DNA of 64,000 nucleotides from Candidatus Nomurabacteria bacterium (lineage in GTDB: Bacteria; Patescibacteriota; Saccharimonadia; Saccharimonadales; CAIOMD01), in the NCBI GenBank assembly GCA_020631975.1, contig JACKGO010000003.1, positions 170,973 to 234,972 of the forward strand, read 5' to 3'. Shown here piece by piece: positions 57,154-64,000 of this stretch. The translations under genes were made by a program, and so were the position numbers. The notes under the pieces were generated by a model. The model had not been told where the DNA came from, did not search any database, and worked only from the letters and a program-made list of their open reading frames with translations. Numbering within the stretch: position 1 is the first letter of the stretch; the number at the start of each line of letters is the position of its first letter.

Positions 57154-57321
57154 TTTACGCGTTTTATAAAGATATGTACTGACATGTCAACGCCTTGTTG
57201 GTCTGTATCCAATCTAGAATTACTGTACGTATAAGTATTTTGAACTCTTAATGTATTGAGTCTATAAATAAGTAGTCAAGATCTTTATGCTTTATAATGT
57301 AGTTAAGGGGTAGAAAAATAT

Positions 57322-58995
57322 ATGGAATTATTTGTAGAAATAAGCGCTCTATTAGTTATTGCAGCCATCATTTCACTGATAATGCGTGCCCTAAAACAGC
57401 CTCTCATTATTGGTTACATTATAACTGGATTATTAGTAGGGCCAGCTTTCTTGGGTATCGTAAAATCTTCTGATGCATTAGAAACTTTTAGCAGTTTTGG
57501 CATAGCCCTGCTGCTTTTTATAGTCGGCTTAGGTTTAAACCCAAAAGTAATAAAAGAAGTAGGTAAGGTATCCCTATTAACTGGAGTTGGCCAAGTGGTG
57601 TTTACTACCGTTATAGGTTTTTTAATAATATATGGTCTTGGGTATAACGCAGTAGGTGCTCTTTATATAGCGATTGCTTTAACTTTTAGCAGCACAATTA
57701 TTATCTTAAAACTTCTCACTGACAAACGAGACCAAAATAAATTATATGGAAAAATAAGTATCGGCTTTTTGCTTGTGCAAGATATAATCGCCACACTAGC
57801 GTTGTTGGTTGCGAGTGCAAGCGGTAACGGTGGGATAGATTTAGAAGAAATAATTATTCTTGTTGCCAAGGGAGTGGCGGTTGTTATTGGGGTAATTTTG
57901 TTTGTAAATATTGTATTAAAACGAATCTCTAAATTTATGGCAAAATCTCAAGAAATGTTGTTTTTGTTTGCTATGGCGTGGGGATTTGGGATTGCCTCGC
58001 TAACATACCTAGGCGGCTTTTCACTAGAAGTTGGCGCTTTATTTGCTGGTATAGCTATTGCATCTTTACCCTATTCACAAGAAATTGCCTTACGGCTAAA
58101 GCCGTTGCGCGATTTTTTCATAGTTTTATTCTTTATTAGTCTTGGTTCAAGCTTAGAAATAGCCGGTGTTGGACCCATTGTCTGGCAGGCTATTCTATTG
58201 TCGTTATTTGTATTAATAGGTAACCCAATCATTGTGATGATTATCATGGGTGTTATGGGATACACCAGAAAAACCAGCTTTAAGGCCGGTTTAACAGTTG
58301 CCCAAATTAGTGAATTTTCTATTATCTTTATATTGCTCGGTCAAAAAAATGGCCAAGTTAGTGATGAAGCAGTATTCTTGGTAACGCTCGTAGGTATTAT
58401 TACTATTGCGATTTCTACCTATATGATTATGTACTCTAACCAGCTGTATGATTTTCTTGCGAAGCATTTAAGGTACTTCTTTTACGACAGCAAGCAAAAA
58501 GCCGAACGTGAGCACGCGAACAGTTATACTATTGTTTTGGTTGGTTATCAGCGTGGTGGTCGTGAATTTGTTAAAAGTTTTAGAGAAATGCACAAAAAAT
58601 TCATTGTAGTAGATTATGATCCAGAAGAAATAGAAGCCTTAGAACGTAATAATATTCCACATATTTATGGTGATATACAAGACAGTGATTTACTAGAAGA
58701 AATCGCTATTCATCGTTCTAAATTGGTGGTATCTACCATCACAGACTTTGAAGCAAATATTTTCTTAATACAACAGTTAGAAACCATTAACCCAAGCGCT
58801 GTAAGTATTGTACATGCCGATAATATTCATCAGGCTGAACAACTATATGCATATGGTGCTAGTTACGTTATGCTTCCGCATTATATAGGGAGCGAAAGAA
58901 TGGGATCGTTCATAAAAAAGAACGGTTTTGATAAAACTGAGTTTAGAAAATTTAGAGAAAAACATTTGCAGTACCTTGGAACGCATTACACTTAA
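57322..58995 (+). CDS. Cation:proton antiporter (Kef-type) with C-terminal RCK/TrkA-N domain
   Basis: About 12 TM Na+/H+ exchanger domain plus Rossmann IVLVGYQRGGREF. Confidence 0.88.
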   Translation: MELFVEISALLVIAAIISLIMRALKQPLIIGYIITGLLVGPAFLGIVKSSDALETFSSFGIALLLFIVGLGLNPKVIKEVGKVSLLTGVGQVVFTTVIGFLIIYGLGYNAVGALYIAIALTFSSTIIILKLLTDKRDQNKLYGKISIGFLLVQDIIATLALLVASASGNGGIDLEEIIILVAKGVAVVIGVILFVNIVLKRISKFMAKSQEMLFLFAMAWGFGIASLTYLGGFSLEVGALFAGIAIASLPYSQEIALRLKPLRDFFIVLFFISLGSSLEIAGVGPIVWQAILLSLFVLIGNPIIVMIIMGVMGYTRKTSFKAGLTVAQISEFSIIFILLGQKNGQVSDEAVFLVTLVGIITIAISTYMIMYSNQLYDFLAKHLRYFFYDSKQKAEREHANSYTIVLVGYQRGGREFVKSFREMHKKFIVVDYDPEEIEALERNNIPHIYGDIQDSDLLEEIAIHRSKLVVSTITDFEANIFLIQQLETINPSAVSIVHADNIHQAEQLYAYGASYVMLPHYIGSERMGSFIKKNGFDKTEFRKFREKHLQYLGTHYT

Positions 58996-60677
58996 GATGT
59001 AGTGGTGTTAGCTGCCAAACCAAGCGCGCTACGAACCAATTGCCCTTGCGTTTGATAGAGCGATATCAACTCTTTTATCATTTCTGTCCGCTCATTGGGC
59101 GATACGCCAGATTCGTACATCGTGTTTTTTAGCGTCCATATGGCATATTGGTTAAGTTGTATTTGTGTGCGTATGTCTTTTCTTTTTGCTGATACATAAT
59201 GGTTCTGTTTCGCTTCAGCGAGATTCTCCTGTTTTGCCGAACTAAGTTTTGTTTCTTTTAATGATTTATCTGTGTCAAATACATACGCATAAATATCTTG
59301 TTTAAATGCACTGCAATTTGTTCGCGTACAATACCATTTACCAGATTTTTTATTACGTATCCCAACGCCGCACTCATTACCACAAACAGGGCAAGCACCT
59401 ATAGGGATGACATCATATGCACCTTTAGAAAAAATAGGTTTAGGTGTTTCGTATGCTGCCTTGTTCATTAGACCAAGTTCTCGACGCTGGGTACCACTGT
59501 GTATGGCTGGATTAACGCTTGCCGCATTAGAAGAACTAGCACAAGCACTATCATATTCCCTCCCTTCACTCATGGCCGTAGCACCGGCGCTCCCAATATC
59601 GTAACTTCCGTGTGTATCATTCACCATTTGCGGTTCGTTACTACTATGAAGTTTTTGTGTTAAATACTCTGGTATAGCCTGTTTTCTTAAATAATCAATC
59701 ATTGCAGAACCGATTGATTCCGTCAGTGTTTGTCCTACGTCTATCTTTAGAAATCGCGGTACTGCTTTTTCTTTATACTGACGCACCAAATAATCATCAA
59801 TCGTTTGTTTTAGTCTACGGGTTACGCCCACTTGCATAGAAACGGCAACTTCTTCTATGATTGTCCGGTATAGATCAAAAGCTTCAGGGTGTTTTTCTAC
59901 AAAACTATTGGCTTCTGTAACAGACTTATTGGTATCTACCCCTTGCTGATACACAGCGGATGGATTTTCATGATTTCGTAATGAATCGTATTCTTCTACG
60001 ATTGCACTTGCAGTTTCGCTTGGAGTAGAATCTGCTGTAACTAAAATTGGTATTGTCACTTGCTCTAAGCTAGACGACGCAACATCTGCATGAATATTCA
60101 GTGTATCTAGTAGCTCATTCAACCTTTCTAATGTTAAGCCGTCAAGTGAAAATGCAATTGTTTGGCCTTGGCCTAAACTATTTTTTGCATGGAGCTGTAG
60201 ACTCGCCATCATGCGTTTTTGCTTAAAACTTTGTCGTCGTGCTTCATTAGGGTTTAACTCTTCTTCTGGGGGGCATGGTGAGATTAGTAACAAGTACGTG
60301 TCATTACTAGGCTGCTGTAGCCAATCAAGAAGTAATTCGCCCTGTTGCAAAAAAGCCTTTTGACGTTCTTCATGATACACATCAAATCCACCACGTGCGA
60401 CATCATGTTTTGCAGCTTCATACGAAAGTTGTAAAGACTTCATGTACTGCAAGCCTGTGTCATACGTAATCTCGCTATCGTCATACGTATACGAATATTG
60501 GCTCATAAAGGGCTGGTCTTCAAGACGCTCACCCATATCGGTAATAAATTCTACACGCATTCTATGATAGGCTACTGCACTGTCGTATGATTCTTGCAAC
60601 AGTCGAACATGTGCCAGCGGATCATTGTTTTTTGGAGTGTGTATAGATTTTTCTTTTGTAAGTAACGCTTGGTACAT
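58992..60677 (-). CDS. Large orphan protein (561 aa) with C-terminal zinc-ribbon
   Basis: Soluble; CPVCGNEC...CTRTNC near the C-terminus; no family recognised. Confidence 0.6.
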   Translation of the reverse strand: MYQALLTKEKSIHTPKNNDPLAHVRLLQESYDSAVAYHRMRVEFITDMGERLEDQPFMSQYSYTYDDSEITYDTGLQYMKSLQLSYEAAKHDVARGGFDVYHEERQKAFLQQGELLLDWLQQPSNDTYLLLISPCPPEEELNPNEARRQSFKQKRMMASLQLHAKNSLGQGQTIAFSLDGLTLERLNELLDTLNIHADVASSSLEQVTIPILVTADSTPSETASAIVEEYDSLRNHENPSAVYQQGVDTNKSVTEANSFVEKHPEAFDLYRTIIEEVAVSMQVGVTRRLKQTIDDYLVRQYKEKAVPRFLKIDVGQTLTESIGSAMIDYLRKQAIPEYLTQKLHSSNEPQMVNDTHGSYDIGSAGATAMSEGREYDSACASSSNAASVNPAIHSGTQRRELGLMNKAAYETPKPIFSKGAYDVIPIGACPVCGNECGVGIRNKKSGKWYCTRTNCSAFKQDIYAYVFDTDKSLKETKLSSAKQENLAEAKQNHYVSAKRKDIRTQIQLNQYAIWTLKNTMYESGVSPNERTEMIKELISLYQTQGQLVRSALGLAANTTTS

Positions 60678-60681
60678 GAAT

Positions 60682-60709
60682 AATCCTGCTCTATCTACAA
60701 AGCAGGATT
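60682..60709 (-). promoter_or_regulatory. Perfect 9-bp inverted repeat overlapping the SD and putative -10 of the 561-aa gene
   Basis: AATCCTGCT-N10-AGCAGGATT ends 4 nt before the ATG. A related half-site ATCCTGCT lies at 60737-60744. Confidence 0.5.
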
Positions 60710-60891
60710 ATATAGTCAGTCCACCAATGACCTAGTATCCTGCTCGGGATATATGTTGGTCGTAGTCTTAGTAATGTATCTGACTTATTGCGTATGTAGC
60801 AATTTACAGTTGCGGCACAGTCCATGAATCACACATGGTTCCATTACAAAAAGCACGAAGTATATTGTTAATAACTTTATTATAGCAAATG

Positions 60892-61605
60892 CTACAGCGC
60901 TTCGAAAGATTTTAAAGCATTCTTTAGTATTGTTGTATCTGGTCGTATATTATGATCTATGTAAACAAAAAAGTAGGTGTGTTTGCCCTTAGTAGGTCCA
61001 ACTATAGGAACGTTGTAGCCGTTTGTAGCGTTAGCCGTACCAATATGATTCTGCTGCGTCGCCATATCGCATACAAACGTAACATCTTGCCAAGTTGCCT
61101 TCCACGTCTGAGCACTCGTTTGGCCAGCACCAGGCTTTGGTGCCCCCGTAAAGCTCTTGCAATCTTCTGACATAATACCCGGTTGTATGCGGTTTCCTTC
61201 GACAGTTATGGGCAATAGTTTGTTTAAAGCATACTCTTGCGGAATCACATCTACATACGCTTTCAGCCAGCGGTTTTCGTAGTCTTTAACTTTTGATTGA
61301 AATTCGTAATATACCTGATTGTAATAGGGGTTCTGCTTGCCGTTTAATACCCATCCTTCTGGGAGTGATATTTTAAACTCGTCTACAACAAAATCAACGG
61401 TTGCTGGTGCCACAACCGCGACAGTACCACCTGTTTTTGTAAAGTTAGAAGAAGTTTCTCCGTTACTTCTAAATACGAAAAACCATATTACAAAAGCCAA
61501 TATGACAAACAAGCCCACTAAGACTACGAAGAATTCTATTAAGAGCTTTTTTCTACTTCTGGTTTTGTTTACTGTGTACATGTGTTCCTTTTCGTACCAG
61601 TTCAC
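60892..61605 (-). CDS. Membrane-anchored hypothetical protein (237 aa)
   Basis: Single N-terminal TM, extracytoplasmic beta-rich domain. Confidence 0.55.
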   Translation of the reverse strand: MNWYEKEHMYTVNKTRSRKKLLIEFFVVLVGLFVILAFVIWFFVFRSNGETSSNFTKTGGTVAVVAPATVDFVVDEFKISLPEGWVLNGKQNPYYNQVYYEFQSKVKDYENRWLKAYVDVIPQEYALNKLLPITVEGNRIQPGIMSEDCKSFTGAPKPGAGQTSAQTWKATWQDVTFVCDMATQQNHIGTANATNGYNVPIVGPTKGKHTYFFVYIDHNIRPDTTILKNALKSFEAL

Positions 61606-61654
61606 TCTAATAATGACAGAATTAAACGCTTATGGCAATATTTGCACATCCTGT

Positions 61655-62353
61655 TTACTGATTTGCGACCGGAGCTACTATTACAATATCTGTGCCCTGT
61701 GCAGGGGCATCTTCGCCAGCTGGCAAACTACCTACGTCGTATCCTAATAACTGAGCAAGTTGCTTTGCGGCATCATTAAAATCTGGCGATGTTGCATACA
61801 CTACACCTTTTGTTTGTGCTGTCTTGGGGGTGCTTTTATTGCTAACAACTGCATTCTTAAATTGCTGACTAATTTTATCTTGGATTGATTTCTGGGCAGT
61901 ATCTGCTGCCAATAAAGATATGTTTATTGGGTTAGCTGCTGCAACAAAATTACTATAATTATCTATTTTTATAATTCTATTTTCGCCTTTACGATAAATG
62001 ATAGAAATATCAGCATCTTTATATGCTAAAACGTAGTCGTTATTTTCTGCATTTTCAAAAAACTTTGCAGACGCATCTGAGGCACTTTTTAGCTGATCTT
62101 TGTCACTCACTAGTAGTACTGTTGGTTTTTCTTTTTCGTATGCAGGAACAGCATATAATTTAGAAACAGCCTGCACCAATTGCCTGTCTCTATCTTCTAC
62201 TGATTGTGTTACTTCTTTGTATTTTGTATTCACATTCTGATATTTAACAAAAAAGTAGCCGCCAAACACAGCTAACCCAACAAATAGAACAACAAGAGCA
62301 ATACTGCCAAATGGCATTGATTTTTTAAAACGTGGTGAGCTTTGTTTTGACAT
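61655..62353 (-). CDS. Membrane-anchored protein with LytR_C-like C-terminal domain
   Basis: N-terminal TM; C-terminus ...AAKQLAQLLGYDVGSLPAG....GTDIVIVAP resembles LytR C-terminal domains. Confidence 0.5.
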   Translation of the reverse strand: MSKQSSPRFKKSMPFGSIALVVLFVGLAVFGGYFFVKYQNVNTKYKEVTQSVEDRDRQLVQAVSKLYAVPAYEKEKPTVLLVSDKDQLKSASDASAKFFENAENNDYVLAYKDADISIIYRKGENRIIKIDNYSNFVAAANPINISLLAADTAQKSIQDKISQQFKNAVVSNKSTPKTAQTKGVVYATSPDFNDAAKQLAQLLGYDVGSLPAGEDAPAQGTDIVIVAPVANQ

Positions 62354-62456
62354 AGTATTTCAGATGTATATTATAAAGTAAGCATAGGCACATTGCAAAT
62401 AATAGTAGTGTTCTGACACTTTCTGTCTGCAGGTGATTCAAAGTAAATATGCGAGG

Positions 62457-62795
62457 CTATCTATTCAAATTGAAAGCTACTATAGCGGCTAGCTGTTCTT
62501 CAGTTGGTAAAGCGTTATACGGAAAGCAAATAGTACCTTTTGAGGTCTTTACATCTCCAAGCATGTGTTTGACAGCAATTATTGGTGCTTCACCAAATGG
62601 ATACACACCCACATGATTTTTATGAGCTGCAACGGCAATAATATAGTTGCCGTTGCTTTTTAATGTAGGAACGCCGTAGCTCATTGTTTCTTCTGGCTCA
62701 AGAGTATGTTTTTTTGCAATTGCCAGAATCGTTACAACAATATCGCGCTTCTCTTTATCTAGTTTATTTAGGTACTCATACCAAGGAGATTTCAT
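62457..62795 (-). CDS. DUF1801 (YdhG-like) domain protein
   Basis: ...MSYGVPTLKSNGNYIIAVAAHKNHVGVYPF... pattern. Confidence 0.65.
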   Translation of the reverse strand: MKSPWYEYLNKLDKEKRDIVVTILAIAKKHTLEPEETMSYGVPTLKSNGNYIIAVAAHKNHVGVYPFGEAPIIAVKHMLGDVKTSKGTICFPYNALPTEEQLAAIVAFNLNR

Positions 62796-62868
62796 AGTAC
62801 TAATGTATCATATAGCGAATAAGTCATTCGCTATAGATAGCATCGCCAATATAAGATACCATTAGTCA

Positions 62869-63795
62869 ATGAGACAAAAAGCTTTCCAAATAATTGGTGT
62901 GATAGGTGTAATTATATCTGTCGTAATATTTATAAAAAATCCAAGTTTTTTGACACCAGATAAACTACTGGTGTTTTTAGTGTTTGTGTTCATGATATTT
63001 AAACAAGCTATAGAAATGCTAAAACGCTTTTTGCCATTTGTTGCAATTTTACTCGTATACGAATCTTTTCGCGGTATTGCCGATGGTTTAAATAGCCGCG
63101 TTGAATACATGTGGATGCCTGCCGTAGATAGATTGTTGTTTGGCGGTACATTACCAACCACTACTCTGCAAAACTGGTGGTGGATGGGCCAAACTAACTG
63201 GTATGACTTCTTATTTTACTTACCGTATATGCTACATTTTGTATTACCTATAGCACTTGCTGTATATGTTTGGAAACGTATACCAAGCAAATATTGGCAA
63301 TTAGTTTTGTCTTATGTACTTGTTTCATTTATCGGCTTTTTCGTATTCTTGGGTTTTCCGGCTGCTCCACCATGGATGGCAAGTGACCTAGGTTACATAG
63401 AACCAATTCATAGAATATCTAGCGACGTGTGGTGGAGCTTAGGTGTCAAAGATTTCCCATCATTTTATAATGAAATTTCACCAAACCCAGTTGCCGCTGT
63501 GCCATCACTCCATGCCGCCTATGCAACATTATTTGCATTGTTCATAACGTACCTATTTAAAAGTAAGTGGCGATTTATTAGTTGGATATACCCCGCGCTT
63601 ATATATATAGGTACTGTGTACTTGGGTGAACATTATTTTATAGACGAGCTACTTGGTGCAATGCTCGCAATAGCCGTTTTTTATGCCACGCCGCACATAG
63701 CAAAGATACTACAGCATGCTGCTAAAAAACTTCAAAATATGTATCGACTTAGAACGCCAAATAAACAACGTATGGGATATTTTGTACTTTTTTAA
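62869..63795 (+). CDS. PAP2 superfamily membrane protein (phosphatase/phosphotransferase, PAP2_C-like)
   Basis: Polytopic; VPSLHAAYA and GEHYFIDELLG correspond to PAP2 motifs C2 and C3. Confidence 0.7.
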   Translation: MRQKAFQIIGVIGVIISVVIFIKNPSFLTPDKLLVFLVFVFMIFKQAIEMLKRFLPFVAILLVYESFRGIADGLNSRVEYMWMPAVDRLLFGGTLPTTTLQNWWWMGQTNWYDFLFYLPYMLHFVLPIALAVYVWKRIPSKYWQLVLSYVLVSFIGFFVFLGFPAAPPWMASDLGYIEPIHRISSDVWWSLGVKDFPSFYNEISPNPVAAVPSLHAAYATLFALFITYLFKSKWRFISWIYPALIYIGTVYLGEHYFIDELLGAMLAIAVFYATPHIAKILQHAAKKLQNMYRLRTPNKQRMGYFVLF

Positions 63796-63812
63796 TCTAT
63801 GTAGTAAAGATC

Positions 63813-64000
63813 TTACATAGTTTTAAAAGTATATTTTCCGTTTTTCACATCAACAAGTAGATGATCGTTCTCTTGTACGGTACCTTCAATTATTTTAGCC
63901 GCCAACGGGTTTAATATCTTCGTCTGAATGACTCGTTTTAATGGGCGTGCACCATATGCTGGGTCAAAGCCTTGCATAGCCAGCGCTTCCTCTGCTTTAT
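63813..64000 (-). CDS. Clp/Hsp100 AAA+ chaperone (ClpB/ClpC-like), C-terminal end only
   Basis: Minus strand reads ...GFDPAYGARPLKRVIQTKILNPLAAKIIEG...KTM-stop (D2-small domain signature). Confidence 0.8.
   Translation of the reverse strand, partial: KAEEALAMQGFDPAYGARPLKRVIQTKILNPLAAKIIEGTVQENDHLLVDVKNGKYTFKTM

Noticed and set aside
1-64000. Alternative genetic code (UGA recoding, as in some CPR lineages) as an explanation for the split genes
   Set aside because: Conserved proteins (DnaK, FtsH, LepA, AspS, RuvB and others) are full-length under code 11. TGA is used as a genuine stop (for example the pilO ATGA overlap). The split genes are frame changes, not in-frame stops.

Overview
A 64-kb, gene-dense, low-GC chromosomal segment read with the standard bacterial code. 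I saw no rRNA, CRISPR array, integrase or transposase. The gene content (a secretin-less type IV pilus locus, streamlined housekeeping genes, many short membrane or hypothetical ORFs, several decaying genes) suggests a reduced-genome Patescibacteria/CPR (Saccharibacteria-like) organism; that is inference only. Order of content: pilB-pilC-pilin, accessory pilin-like genes, pilM-pilN-pilO; ruvB-ruvA-ruvC-yebC; comEC; tRNA-Lys; a decaying DUF785-rimK operon; a CIRCE/HrcA heat-shock cluster (hrcA-grpE-orf / dnaK-SemiSWEET-dnaJ); gmk-like, bcp, lepA, murJ, ftsH, tilS; a fused trehalose-6-P synthase/phosphatase; three CAU-anticodon tRNAs; an RRM RNA-binding protein; GNAT, FMN reductase, HxlR, dus, an ABC-2 exporter, MFS, murC-like, mutY-like, nudix, aspS, CNNM/CBS, DsbA-like, a Kef-type antiporter, PAP2, and a clpB/C-like 3' end. 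Most unusual observations: (1) exact tRNA 3'-end fragments follow the Ile2-like and initiator-like tRNA(CAU) genes with a shared 186-188 nt period, together with scrambled tRNA pieces and their own terminators. (2) An intact P-type-ATPase homologue has no transmembrane segments or N-domain and has lost its catalytic motifs. It lies divergent to a four-gene overlapping operon (2-TM protein, His-loop membrane protein, stand-alone ATP-cone, disulfide oxidoreductase). (3) Three frame changes occur in the pilus locus, one exactly at a CUU-AGG-C heptamer. (4) A SemiSWEET gene is translationally coupled between dnaK and dnaJ.
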